NCBI GenBank assembly: GCA_964532555.1
Contig: CAZHIU010000001.1
Coordinates: forward strand, 4,363-68,362
Direction: 5' to 3'
From: an uncultured Microbacterium sp.
Lineage (GTDB): Bacteria; Actinomycetota; Actinomycetes; Actinomycetales; Microbacteriaceae
Length of the DNA: 64,000 nucleotides
Part shown: positions 46,287 through 56,103 of the stretch, in pieces
Numbering within the stretch: the stretch's first letter is position 1
Layout: each line of letters starts with the position of its first letter
The notes under the pieces: model-generated
Told to the model about the DNA's origin: nothing
Database searches by the model: none
What the model saw: the letters and a program-made list of their open reading frames with translations, nothing else
Position numbers and translations under genes: made by a program

Positions 46287-47269
46287 TGGCTGAGCGTATC
46301 CCTCCCGAAGAACGCGTCACGAACCTGGTCGTGGCGCTGATGGCGAGCGATCACGGGCTGACCAAGCAGCAGATTCTTGAGAACGTCTCCGGCTACCGGC
46401 AGCGCAGCGAATCGGGGGTCGGCGTCGATGCGCTGGACAAGATGTTCGAGCGCGACAAAGAAGAGCTGCGCAGTCTCGGCATCCCGCTGGAGACCATAGG
46501 TGATTTCACCGACCCGAATGACCTGCGTGAGGCGCGCTACCGCATCCCCAAAGCCGAGTACTCGCTGCCCGAAGACATCGAGTTCACGCCAGAGGAGTTC
46601 GCGGTGTTGCGCCTGGCCGGAAGCGTGTGGAGCGCGGGATCGATGTCGGATGATGCGCAAGCGGGGGTGCGCAAGATACGTGCACTGGGTATCGACGGCG
46701 ACGAGGCCATCATCGGCTTTGCACCGCGGCTCACCACGGGTGAGAACGGTTTCGACGCCCTTCGAGACGCTATCGAGCGTTGCGTGACCGTGCGGTTCGA
46801 CTATCTGAAGCCGGGGGAGGAGTCGGCGCGACAGAGGATGCTCACCCCTCTCGCCCTGGTCGACTATGCGGCACGGTGGCATGTCTTCGGCGTAGACCTT
46901 GAGACCGGCCAGGACCGCACCTACTTGCTCAGCCGTGTCACCGGTGACGTCGTGGTCACCTCGAAGCCTTTTGATCCCGCACTGCGCTCGGGCGCGGGGG
47001 AGCGGGCGCTGCGGGAACTGGAAGAGCTCGCGGCGCAGAACATCGCGATCGTGCAGATCACACCGGGCACCGAAGCGGCCTTGCGGCTGGGCAGGCGTGC
47101 GGAGCGCACCAGCGGCGGGGATCGGGTGTCTTTCGTCGACCTCGACATTTTCGCCGACGAGTTGGCATCCTACGGACCTGAGGTGCGCGTCATCGAGCCG
47201 GAGCGACTCCGGAGCGCGGTCATCGAGCGCCTGCACGCGGTGGCCGCCGCGCACGGGAATGCCTCATGA
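46283..47269 (+). CDS. pafB: WYL-domain regulator PafB
   Basis: wHTH with MFERDKEELRSLGIP; WYL domain; upstream of pafC-tatA-tatC. Confidence 0.87.
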   Translation: MMAERIPPEERVTNLVVALMASDHGLTKQQILENVSGYRQRSESGVGVDALDKMFERDKEELRSLGIPLETIGDFTDPNDLREARYRIPKAEYSLPEDIEFTPEEFAVLRLAGSVWSAGSMSDDAQAGVRKIRALGIDGDEAIIGFAPRLTTGENGFDALRDAIERCVTVRFDYLKPGEESARQRMLTPLALVDYAARWHVFGVDLETGQDRTYLLSRVTGDVVVTSKPFDPALRSGAGERALRELEELAAQNIAIVQITPGTEAALRLGRRAERTSGGDRVSFVDLDIFADELASYGPEVRVIEPERLRSAVIERLHAVAAAHGNAS

Positions 47270-48240
47270 GCACCGCGCGACGCCCGCTTCTGGCATCCGA
47301 GCGCGTGCGCCTGTACCTGACGTTGGTGCCCTATCTGCTCGAGCGCCAAACGGTGCCGCTGGATGTCGCGGCCCGCGACTTCGACGTCACCCCATCGCAG
47401 ATGCGCGCCATGGTCGAAAAACTCACGCTGATCGGCCACCCGGGTGACTCGGGCTACCACCAGATGCCGCACGAACAGTTCGACATCAACTGGGATTTGC
47501 TTGATCACGACGATGTCATCGAGTTGACCAACGTGGTCTCGCTCCATCGCGTCCCGCGGTTCACCGCGCGCGAAGCGGCCGCCTTGCTTGCGGGGCTCCA
47601 GCTTGTCGCCTCGGTTCCGCAGGTTGCCGAGTCGGGGCTTATCTCGGGTCTGCTGGCAAAGCTCGCCCGAGGTGCGGCATCCGTTCCCGCCGATCTTGTC
47701 GTGGCGCCACCGGCCCTCGATGACGTGCGTACGGTTGTGTCGCAGGCGATGAGTGGCAAGGTGGCGATCCAGTTTCGTTATCACGCCCCGGATGCGGAAA
47801 CGACCCTGCGCACCGTCGATCCGGTACGCGTGATCAACACTCAGGCCGAGTGGTATCTGCAGGCCTGGTGCCACCTGCGCCAGGCCATGCGCACCTTCCA
47901 CCTTGACCGGGTCAGCGAGGCGACGCTGACCGACATCCCGAACAGTCATCTGGGGGATGCGGCGCCGCCGCTGTTCCAGGGCGGGCCGGAAGACGGTTAC
48001 GGCGAGATGCGGATGCCGGTGAGCATCGCCGCTCTCATCGCCGACGTATTGAGCCATGCGGACGTCAGCTCGAACGGCGAGCAGCTCACGGCCCGGCTGC
48101 CTATGGGAGACCCGCGTTCTCTCAAGCGTCTCGCCGCACGTTTCGGTGGGCGCGTCGAAGTCACCGCCCCCTCGAGTGCAAGGGACGCGACCCGTCAGTG
48201 GGCCCAGGCCGGACTCGCCATGTATCACCAGACGATCTAA
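47266..48240 (+). CDS. pafC: WYL-domain regulator PafC
   Basis: LVPYL HTH; RTVDP...WYLQAWC...RTFHLDRV. Confidence 0.87.
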   Translation: MSTARRPLLASERVRLYLTLVPYLLERQTVPLDVAARDFDVTPSQMRAMVEKLTLIGHPGDSGYHQMPHEQFDINWDLLDHDDVIELTNVVSLHRVPRFTAREAAALLAGLQLVASVPQVAESGLISGLLAKLARGAASVPADLVVAPPALDDVRTVVSQAMSGKVAIQFRYHAPDAETTLRTVDPVRVINTQAEWYLQAWCHLRQAMRTFHLDRVSEATLTDIPNSHLGDAAPPLFQGGPEDGYGEMRMPVSIAALIADVLSHADVSSNGEQLTARLPMGDPRSLKRLAARFGGRVEVTAPSSARDATRQWAQAGLAMYHQTI

Positions 48241-48281
48241 GGCTTGCTCTGTAGACTGAGCACGACGAAAGGGAGAGATCA

Positions 48282-48527
48282 ATGCCCAGCAATCTGATGG
48301 GGTGGCCCACCCTGCTGATCATTCTCGCGGTGATCTTGCTGCTGTTTGGCGCGGCGAAACTTCCCGCGCTGGCCAAGAGCATGGGTCAGTCCGCGCGGGC
48401 CTTCAAGGGCGAGATGAAGGCGATGAAAGAGGAGGACGCCGCCGATGCTGCGGCGCGCAACACCGCCGCCACGCACGAGGCCGCATCATCTGCGCCCGAA
48501 CCGGACGCCCCCGACCGAACACCGTGA
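48282..48527 (+). CDS. tatA: Twin-arginine translocase TatA
   Basis: LLLFGAAKLPALAKSMGQS. Confidence 0.92.
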   Translation: MPSNLMGWPTLLIILAVILLLFGAAKLPALAKSMGQSARAFKGEMKAMKEEDAADAAARNTAATHEAASSAPEPDAPDRTP

Positions 48528-48530
48528 GCC

Positions 48531-49352
48531 GTGGCGCCGCCCGACTCGACTGAGCAGAAGCGACCGCGCCGTGACCGGCGAATGTCGCTCACGGAACATC
48601 TGATCGAGTTCCGCAAGAGGCTGCTGATCGCTGCCGCGGGTGTGCTCGTCGGGATGATCGTGGCGTTCATCGTGACTGAGCCGATCATCGAGTTTCTGGC
48701 ATATCCGATCCGCCTCATCGATCAAGAGCGCGGCGACGCCTTCGTGCAACTGATCTTCACCACCGTCACAGGCCCCTTCGATCTGCGGATGCGCATGGCG
48801 CTGTCGATCGGCCTGATCCTTTCGGCACCGGTGTGGTTGTGGCAAATCTGGGCGTATATCGTGCCAGGACTCACCCGCCGGGAGACCCGTTACACGCTGG
48901 GCTTCGCGGGGGCAGCCATTCCGCTCTTCTTTCTCGGGGGAGCCGTCGCACTCTGGGTCTCGCCGAACGTCATCCGGGTACTTGCGATGTTCACGCCTCA
49001 CAACGCATCGAACCTCTTCGAGGCGAGGGAGTACTACGACTTCATCCTGAAGTTCGTCCTCGCCATCGGTGTGGGCTTTGTCCTGCCGGTCTTCCTCGTC
49101 GCCCTCAACCTCGCGGGAGTGATGAGCGGCCGCGCGATACTCAAGGCGTGGCGCCCTGCGGTGCTTATCGCAACGCTCTTTGCGGCAATCACGACTCCCG
49201 CCGCGGACGCGTTCTCGATGCTGCTTCTGGGGGCGATCCTGGTCACCCTCTACTTTGCCGCGGCCCTGCTATCGCTCCTCTTTGACCGACGCAAGAGCAC
49301 GCGTGCGAAGGCCGCGAGTGCGACACCACCCCTGTCGGACGCACCGGCATGA
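48531..49352 (+). CDS. tatC: Twin-arginine translocase TatC
   Basis: MSLTEHLIEFRKR, PGLTRRE, AAITTP. Confidence 0.93.
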   Translation: MAPPDSTEQKRPRRDRRMSLTEHLIEFRKRLLIAAAGVLVGMIVAFIVTEPIIEFLAYPIRLIDQERGDAFVQLIFTTVTGPFDLRMRMALSIGLILSAPVWLWQIWAYIVPGLTRRETRYTLGFAGAAIPLFFLGGAVALWVSPNVIRVLAMFTPHNASNLFEAREYYDFILKFVLAIGVGFVLPVFLVALNLAGVMSGRAILKAWRPAVLIATLFAAITTPAADAFSMLLLGAILVTLYFAAALLSLLFDRRKSTRAKAASATPPLSDAPA

Positions 49353-51790
49353 GTTCTCCCGCCGAGAGATACGCCGAGGCAGGTGAGGCTCGAAGACATC
49401 CTGAGACCTTGCGATTCGCCGCGAAACAGAAGTTCCAGCTCGACCCTTTTCAGATCGCGGGATGCCACGCCCTCGAAGACGGCGATGGCGTGCTGGTGGC
49501 AGCCCCCACCGGGGCGGGCAAGACCATCGTGGGGGAGTTCGCGATCCATCTCGCCATGCTCACCACGCGTGAGAAGGCCTTCTACACCACGCCGATGAAG
49601 GCGCTGTCGAACCAGAAGTACCGCGAACTGGTCGAGGTCTACGGCAGTGAGAACGTGGGTCTTCTGACGGGAGACACCAGCATCAACAGTTCCGCGCGGA
49701 TCGTCGTGATGACCACCGAGGTTCTGCGTAACATGCTCTACGCAGACTCGAGGGCGTTGCGTGATCTTCGCTATGTCGTGATGGATGAGGTGCACTACCT
49801 CGCCGATCGCTTCCGCGGTGCCGTATGGGAAGAGGTCATCATCCACCTCGCCCGCGCGGTGCGTGTGGTCGCGCTGAGCGCCACGGTGTCAAACGCCGAG
49901 GAGTTCGGTGACTGGCTTGACACGGTGCGCGGCGATACCCGGGTCATCGTCTCGGAGCATCGCCCCGTACCGCTGGAACAGCATGTGCTGGTGCGCGGCG
50001 ATCTGCTCCCGCTCTTCGACGAGCGTGCCGGCACGGCAGCGGCGCACGTGAATCAAGAGCTTATGCGCGTGCGTTCTTTCAAAGGCCAGCTCTTCGAGAA
50101 CAATCAGCGAACGCACGCCGCGCGAAGTGGCGGGCGAAGGCCCAAACGCTACGAACGGCGTCCGCGAGAAGCGCGTATGGAACGCATCGACCGCCCGGAG
50201 GTCGTACAACTCCTGGAGCGGGCGAATCTGCTGCCCGCGATCTTCTTCATCTTCAGCCGCGCGGGATGCGACGCCGCCGTGCAGCAGACGCGACGCGCCG
50301 GCGTCCGGTTGACCGATAGCGAGGAACGCAGCGAGATCCGCTCTCTCGTGGAGGAGCGCACGCGCAATCTCGGTGATGAAGACCTGGGGGTGCTGGGCTA
50401 CCTGGAGTGGAAAGACAATCTCGAACGCGGTATCGCCGCGCACCATGCCGGCCTTCTGCCGGCGTTCAAAGAAGTCGTCGAGGAGCTCTTCCGATGCAAA
50501 CTCGTCAAAGTCGTCTTCGCCACCGAGACGTTGGCGCTGGGGATCAATATGCCCGCGCGCACCGTGGTGCTCGAGAAGATGGAGAAGTTCAACGGCGAGG
50601 CGCGCGTAGCGATCACCTCAGGGGAGTACACGCAACTCACCGGCCGCGCGGGACGACGTGGCATCGACACCGAGGGGCACGCGGTGGTGCAGTGGTCGGA
50701 GGGGATGGATCCCCAGGCGGTGGCGGCGCTGGCATCCCGTCGCACCTACCCCTTGAACTCCAGTTTCCGTCCGAGCTACAACATGGCCGTGAACCTCGTC
50801 GATCGCTACGGCCGCACGCGGGCCAGAGAGGTGCTCGAGTCGTCTTTCGCGCAGTTCCAGGCCGATCGCGCGGTCGTGGGGCTCGCGCGCAAGGTGCGCG
50901 AGGCGGAAGGCTCCCTCGAAGGGTATCTCACGCCCATGGCGTGTGAGCATGGCGACTTCCTGCAGTATTCGCGTCTGCGCCGGGAACTGAGCGATCTGGA
51001 GAAGAAGAACCGCTCGGTCGAGGGGAGCCGCAGCGCCCGCGAGAAGCGGCAGAAACGCATCCACGAGCTTCGCACCCAGATGCAGCGCCACGGATGCCAC
51101 AACTGCCCTGATCGTGAGACTCACGCGCGCTGGGCGGAACGCTACTGGAAGCTCAAGAGCGACATCGATCGGCAGCGCAAGCAGATTGACTCTCGCACGG
51201 GAACGGTGGCTCGCCAATTCGATCGGGTTCTGAGCGTGCTCTCCGGGCTTGACTACGTGCGCGGTCAGGGAGAGGAGACCGCACTGACCGATGCCGGTCG
51301 CACGATGCGCCGCATTTACGGTGAGCGCGATCTCCTGCTTGCAGAGTCCCTCCGCACGAAGCTCTGGTCGCAACTGGATGCGCCTTCGCTCGCCGCGATG
51401 GCAAGCTGCCTGGTCTACGAGCCGCGCCGTGAAGCCGCCGGCACCGGGGAAAGAGGTCTGCCGCGGGGAGCGTTCCGCGAAGCGCTGAGCAGTACCCAGA
51501 CTCTCTGGGCGCAACTGGATGATCTTGAGCACGACAATGGATTGCCGGTAACCGAACCGCTCGCCACCGGTCTTGCCGGTGCGGTGTATAGCTGGGCCAG
51601 AGGGGCATCCCTTGACCGCGCGCTCGATGAAGCCGATCTTCCGGCGGGGGACTTCGTGCGATGGATGAAGCAGACCATCGACCTGCTCGATCAGATCTCG
51701 CTCGTGGCCGAGGATGCCGATATGGCAGCCACATCCCGGCGTGCGCTGGAGTCGGTGCGTCGGGGCATCGTTGCCTACTCGGGGCTGTGA
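49349..51790 (+). CDS. helY: Ski2-like DEAD/DEAH helicase HelY
   Basis: PTGAGKT, DEVH, SAT, QLTGRAGRRG, DSHCT-like GDFVRW. Confidence 0.9.
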   Translation: MSSPAERYAEAGEARRHPETLRFAAKQKFQLDPFQIAGCHALEDGDGVLVAAPTGAGKTIVGEFAIHLAMLTTREKAFYTTPMKALSNQKYRELVEVYGSENVGLLTGDTSINSSARIVVMTTEVLRNMLYADSRALRDLRYVVMDEVHYLADRFRGAVWEEVIIHLARAVRVVALSATVSNAEEFGDWLDTVRGDTRVIVSEHRPVPLEQHVLVRGDLLPLFDERAGTAAAHVNQELMRVRSFKGQLFENNQRTHAARSGGRRPKRYERRPREARMERIDRPEVVQLLERANLLPAIFFIFSRAGCDAAVQQTRRAGVRLTDSEERSEIRSLVEERTRNLGDEDLGVLGYLEWKDNLERGIAAHHAGLLPAFKEVVEELFRCKLVKVVFATETLALGINMPARTVVLEKMEKFNGEARVAITSGEYTQLTGRAGRRGIDTEGHAVVQWSEGMDPQAVAALASRRTYPLNSSFRPSYNMAVNLVDRYGRTRAREVLESSFAQFQADRAVVGLARKVREAEGSLEGYLTPMACEHGDFLQYSRLRRELSDLEKKNRSVEGSRSAREKRQKRIHELRTQMQRHGCHNCPDRETHARWAERYWKLKSDIDRQRKQIDSRTGTVARQFDRVLSVLSGLDYVRGQGEETALTDAGRTMRRIYGERDLLLAESLRTKLWSQLDAPSLAAMASCLVYEPRREAAGTGERGLPRGAFREALSSTQTLWAQLDDLEHDNGLPVTEPLATGLAGAVYSWARGASLDRALDEADLPAGDFVRWMKQTIDLLDQISLVAEDADMAATSRRALESVRRGIVAYSGL

Positions 51791-51793
51791 GGC

Positions 51794-53341
51794 GTGGCGA
51801 TGAGCGAAACAGGGCAGCTCACCGAGGAAGAGGTGACCCAGAAGCCGCTTCTTCCGCTCTGGGCGGCGGTGATCGTGGCGGCGACGGCGGGCGTGCTCAT
51901 GGACATGGCGTCACCAGCATTAGGGCTCTGGCCGCTGGCGTTCATCGCGGTCGCGCTGGTTCTGCTCTCCGTGATCGGGCGCAGCCTCCCGGCGGCGGCC
52001 CTGCTCGGACTCGTGTACGGGGTGCTCTATTACGGCCTGCTGATCTCGTGGACCTCGCGATACCTCGGCCCGCTGCCGTGGGTCGCGTTGACGGCAGCGG
52101 AAGCGGCGATCACCGCGGTGCTGTTTGTTCCCCTCGCCCTTGCCTATCGCTGGCTCCCTCGCGCGTTTCCGGGGCTGGTGGCGCGCCTTCTGGTGTTGCC
52201 GCTGCTGTTGGCGGCCCTGTGGCTCTTGCGTGAACTGGTCCTCGGCTCGTGGCCCTACGGGGGATTTCCCTGGGCGCGACTGGGGATGACGCAATCCGAG
52301 TCGCCGTTGGCGAGCCTTAGCTCATGGCTTGGCGTGAGCGGATTGAGCCTCGTCATGGTCGCGCTCATCGCGGCAGGGATCGAGATCGTGCGCAGCGGGT
52401 GTTGGCGCTATCCGATGACGCTGGCGGTGCCGCTGCTGCTGATCGGGGGGTTCGTCGTATTGCCCGCCTATCCGACGACCGTTGTCGGGACGATGACGAT
52501 CGCGGCGGTGCAGGGGAACGGGCCTACGGGCTACTTCGACGCGCGCGAACCCTACGCGGTCATTCAGGCGCAATCGGATGCTTCGGCACCCTTGATCGGG
52601 CAGAACCTTGACCTGGTCGTATGGCCTGAAGGCAGCCTTGACTATGACCCCTTCCGCAGCGCAGAAACGGCCAGAAGGCTGAGCCTGGAAAGCTCTCGCC
52701 TCGGCGCACCGCTGCTCGCGAACGCCGCCGTGACAACCCCCAGCGGCATCTACAACACTTCACTGCTGTGGGGCTCGGACATCGGTGTGCAGAGCCATGC
52801 GAAACGGCATCCGGTGCCTTTCGGCGAATACATTCCCGACCGCGCCTTCTTCCGTTTGCTCGTGCCTGATCTGGTCGATCTTGTGGAGCGGGAGTATTCG
52901 CCGGGGCAGGACCCGCCCCTGATGACAGTCGGGGACGCCACTCTTGGCCTGGCGATCTGTTTCGACGTGATCTACGACGATGTGATCCGCGAGGGGATTC
53001 TCGGCGGCGCCGAGGTGCTCGTGTTCCAGACCAACAATGCCGATTTCCGAGGCACGGATGAGAACCTGCAACAACTCGCCTTCGCGCGTATGCGTGCCAT
53101 CGAGACCGGACGATGGGTGGTGAACGTCTCGACCGTGGGAACGAGTCAGATCATCGCGCACGACGGCACGACCGTTGCCTCTCTGGACTCCGACACAGCC
53201 GGTGCGCTCGTCGAACTGGTCGAGAGGCGGGTCGGGATCACGGCGGGGATACTGCTCGGCCCGTGGATCGAGGCGCTGGCCCTGCTCGGAGGGATCGCTT
53301 TTCTGATCACCTGCGGCTTTGCGGCCAGAAGGCGCGCTTAG
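51794..53341 (+). CDS. lnt: Apolipoprotein N-acyltransferase
   Basis: GGFPW, VQGN, WPE, KRHPVPFGEY, ICFD, RAIETGR. Confidence 0.93.
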   Translation: MAMSETGQLTEEEVTQKPLLPLWAAVIVAATAGVLMDMASPALGLWPLAFIAVALVLLSVIGRSLPAAALLGLVYGVLYYGLLISWTSRYLGPLPWVALTAAEAAITAVLFVPLALAYRWLPRAFPGLVARLLVLPLLLAALWLLRELVLGSWPYGGFPWARLGMTQSESPLASLSSWLGVSGLSLVMVALIAAGIEIVRSGCWRYPMTLAVPLLLIGGFVVLPAYPTTVVGTMTIAAVQGNGPTGYFDAREPYAVIQAQSDASAPLIGQNLDLVVWPEGSLDYDPFRSAETARRLSLESSRLGAPLLANAAVTTPSGIYNTSLLWGSDIGVQSHAKRHPVPFGEYIPDRAFFRLLVPDLVDLVEREYSPGQDPPLMTVGDATLGLAICFDVIYDDVIREGILGGAEVLVFQTNNADFRGTDENLQQLAFARMRAIETGRWVVNVSTVGTSQIIAHDGTTVASLDSDTAGALVELVERRVGITAGILLGPWIEALALLGGIAFLITCGFAARRRA

Positions 53342-53715
53342 GCGCCGATCTTCTCGCGCGGCTCTCCGGCCCCACGACGCGAACGCAGGAAATCGAGCCT
53401 GTCCTTCAGGAGTTCCTCGAGTTCGGCGACCGTGCGCCGCTCAAGCAGCATGTCCCAGTGGGTGCGCGGAACCTTGCTTTCCTCGTCATCGTTCGCCACG
53501 AGCTTGCCATCGATCTGCAGCCGTGCTTCTTCGCCGCAACCACGGCACTCCCAGTTGTGCGGGGGCTCGGCATCCGCCGAGAACATCAGCGTGGTGGTGG
53601 CCTCGCAGCTCTTGCAGAAGTAGCTTGTCTCGCGCCGTTCCATGAAGACGACACCCTCTTCGCTCTGCAAGCTCTGAGCGCCCAGTCGGATGCCGCGAAG
53701 GCTTCGATCTGCCAT
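53338..53715 (-). CDS. rbpA: RNA polymerase-binding protein RbpA
   Basis: MADRSLRG.RLG and RTHWDMLLERR. Confidence 0.93.
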   Translation of the reverse strand: MADRSLRGIRLGAQSLQSEEGVVFMERRETSYFCKSCEATTTLMFSADAEPPHNWECRGCGEEARLQIDGKLVANDDEESKVPRTHWDMLLERRTVAELEELLKDRLDFLRSRRGAGEPREKIGA

Positions 53716-53829
53716 GGTGTTGTCCTCTCCTTAGAACTAGGTATAGCGCCCTAGCCTGTGCAGATCATCCACGCCGCGACGTTCCCTCTGACATTCACAG
53801 AGGAATCCCAGCGGGGGAGGACAGCTGGC

Positions 53830-54600
53830 TTAGAAAAGTGTCGTGACGGCGAGATCGGCACGATCGGTGACGATGCCATCGACGCCGAGATCGACAAGCT
53901 CTCGCATATGCGGGGCGTCGTTGATGGTCCAGATGTGCACCTCGACACCGTGCGTATGGGCCTGGCGAAGGATCCCGTTCGTGAAGATCTTGACCCGACC
54001 GTGGCGAAGGGGAATCTGGAGCGCGTCGACGTCGCGAAGAAGACGCGCAACGGCGGGTGAGAGCCGGGCGGCGCTTGTCGCGCAGAGGGTGGCGATCGTC
54101 TTCTGACCGGGAGAAATCGCCGGGCGAGTGGTGGCCCCCGCTCGCCGTAATTCCGCCACCGCGCGGCGACGTCGCGCATCGGAGAAGCTTGTCAGGAGCA
54201 CCCGCTTGGTGTGTGCGCTGACAGCCTTGCCGATAAGGGGGAGCGCGGCATCCGTTTTCACATCGAGGTTGAAACGCACCTCGGGGAACGCCTCCAGCGC
54301 CTCGGCGACAGTGAGCAACCCCCCGTGAGCGGCAAAGATCTCGGCGAGCTCATGGTGTGGCACCGCATCGACACGGCGGGTATCCCCGGTGAGCCGGGTC
54401 AGCGTCTCATCGTGAAAGAGCACGAGCTCTCCATCGGCAGTGACCTGACAGTCGCTTTCGAGATACTCCACGCCCAGGGCCTGCGCGGCGGCGAACGCGG
54501 CTGCGGTGTTCTCCCAGATCTCCGGGGACTCCGGGGGAACGAAACCGCGGTGGGCCAGCACCCGCGGGTAGCGGGTGCCTTCGAAGTAGGGGTGCGTCAC
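53830..54600 (-). CDS. Glycerophosphodiester phosphodiesterase
   Basis: AHRG, ENT, ESD, FHD, WTIND, GIVTD. Confidence 0.9.
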   Translation of the reverse strand: MTHPYFEGTRYPRVLAHRGFVPPESPEIWENTAAAFAAAQALGVEYLESDCQVTADGELVLFHDETLTRLTGDTRRVDAVPHHELAEIFAAHGGLLTVAEALEAFPEVRFNLDVKTDAALPLIGKAVSAHTKRVLLTSFSDARRRRAVAELRRAGATTRPAISPGQKTIATLCATSAARLSPAVARLLRDVDALQIPLRHGRVKIFTNGILRQAHTHGVEVHIWTINDAPHMRELVDLGVDGIVTDRADLAVTTLF

Positions 54601-55517
54601 GCCTTCGTCGCGCCGCCGGGCGGGCGCGGGGTGAACGCGGTGCCGAGGCCCTTGAGCGCCTCGGTCAGCTCGCTGGGGATGATCCACAGCTTGCTCGACT
54701 CGCTATCGGCGATCTTCGGGAGCATCTGCAGGTACTGGTACGCGAGAAGTTTGTCATCCGGGGCACCCTGGTGGATGGCCGCGAAGACGTTCTGGATGGC
54801 CTCGGCTTCACCCTGCGCACGAAGTACCGCCGCCTGCTTGTCGCCCTCGGCGCGCAGAATCTCAGCTTGGCGTGCGCCCTCCGCCTCCAGAATCGCGGAC
54901 TGCTTGGTTCCCTCTGCCGTGAGGATGGCGGCACGACGGTCACGCTCGGCGCGCATCTGCTTCTCCATCGAATCCTGGATCGACAGCGGCGGATCGATCG
55001 CCTTGAGCTCCACGCGTCCGACGCGGATGCCCCACTTGCCCGTGGCCTCATCAAGCACCACGCGCAACTGCCCGTTGATCTCATCACGGCTGGTCAGTGC
55101 CTCTTCGAGGTTGAGGCCACCGACGACGTTACGCAGGGTCGTGGTGGTGAGCTGTTCTACCGCGCCGAGATAGTTGGCGATCTCGTAGGTCGCCGCCCTC
55201 GCGTCGGTCACCTGAAAATAGACGACCGTGTCGATGGAGACCACGAGGTTGTCTTCGGTGATCACCGGTTGCGGGGGAAAGGACACAACCTGCTCGCGCA
55301 TATCAATCAGCGGGCGGAGGCGGTCGATGAAAGGCACCAGGATGTTCAGTCCCGGGTTCAGTGTCTTGTGGTACTTGCCCAGGCGCTCAACGACGCCGGC
55401 CGTGGCCTGCGGGACGATGCGAACCGAACGTGCAACCGTTACGAAGACGAAGATGATGACCGCGATGGCAAGGAGCCAGCCGATGGCCGTGGGCAGAAAG
55501 TTCTGTGACAGGGGCAT
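54597..55517 (-). CDS. SPFH/stomatin-like protein
   Basis: VVERLGKY, QPVITEDN, QMRAERDRRA. Confidence 0.92.
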   Translation of the reverse strand: MPLSQNFLPTAIGWLLAIAVIIFVFVTVARSVRIVPQATAGVVERLGKYHKTLNPGLNILVPFIDRLRPLIDMREQVVSFPPQPVITEDNLVVSIDTVVYFQVTDARAATYEIANYLGAVEQLTTTTLRNVVGGLNLEEALTSRDEINGQLRVVLDEATGKWGIRVGRVELKAIDPPLSIQDSMEKQMRAERDRRAAILTAEGTKQSAILEAEGARQAEILRAEGDKQAAVLRAQGEAEAIQNVFAAIHQGAPDDKLLAYQYLQMLPKIADSESSKLWIIPSELTEALKGLGTAFTPRPPGGATKA

Positions 55518-55526
55518 CGGGAACTC

Positions 55527-55997
55527 CTAGTTGTGGGTAGAGCGGACGACCGCGGTGGCGCCCTCGACGGATTCGACGGCGATGTGCACGCCTTGAGGGA
55601 TGACGGAGGAGTCGGCGCTGCGCGCCGTCCAGATATCGCCGTTAGTGAGTTTGACCTGACCGGTGATCCCGGAAATCTCGCGCAGCGCGTAGCCCCCGAG
55701 GCCGATGAGAGCCTCGACGTTCGACTTTGTCGGGTCCGTACTCCGGTGCAGACGCTTGAGCAACGGCGGCCTGATGAACAGGATGAGCAGTACGGCGGCA
55801 ACCGCGGCCACGAGGAACTGCAACCACACGGGCGCATCGAACAGGCCAGTGACCAGACCCGCACCGCTACCGACCGACAACATCAAGAAGGTGAAGTCGA
55901 GTGTGAGCATCTCGATCACAAGAAAGATGGCGATAAGTACGAGCCAGCCGACCCACGCCCATTCGGTCATGAGGGTGACGATTGCCGAAAAGTCCAT
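55527..55997 (-). CDS. NfeD family protein
   Basis: TM N-terminus plus OB fold with WTARS; upstream of SPFH. Confidence 0.88.
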   Translation of the reverse strand: MDFSAIVTLMTEWAWVGWLVLIAIFLVIEMLTLDFTFLMLSVGSGAGLVTGLFDAPVWLQFLVAAVAAVLLILFIRPPLLKRLHRSTDPTKSNVEALIGLGGYALREISGITGQVKLTNGDIWTARSADSSVIPQGVHIAVESVEGATAVVRSTHN

Positions 55998-56103
55998 GAG
56001 TCCTCCTTGGCCAAAACTACCACGGCCAAGACGGGCTGGGTCGGAGTTGGTAGGGTGACAGAGGTCGCACACGCCGTGTTTCGGACATCCTCAAGGAGTT
56101 TCC

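Noticed and set aside
46283-48240. Tandem WYL genes as a possible anti-phage defence regulator
   Set aside because: Sequence and position before tatAC-helY identify them as the conserved pafBC pair
49333-49354. TGTCGG upstream of helY as a possible PafBC promoter
   Set aside because: No TANNNT at the N10 spacing, and it lies inside tatC
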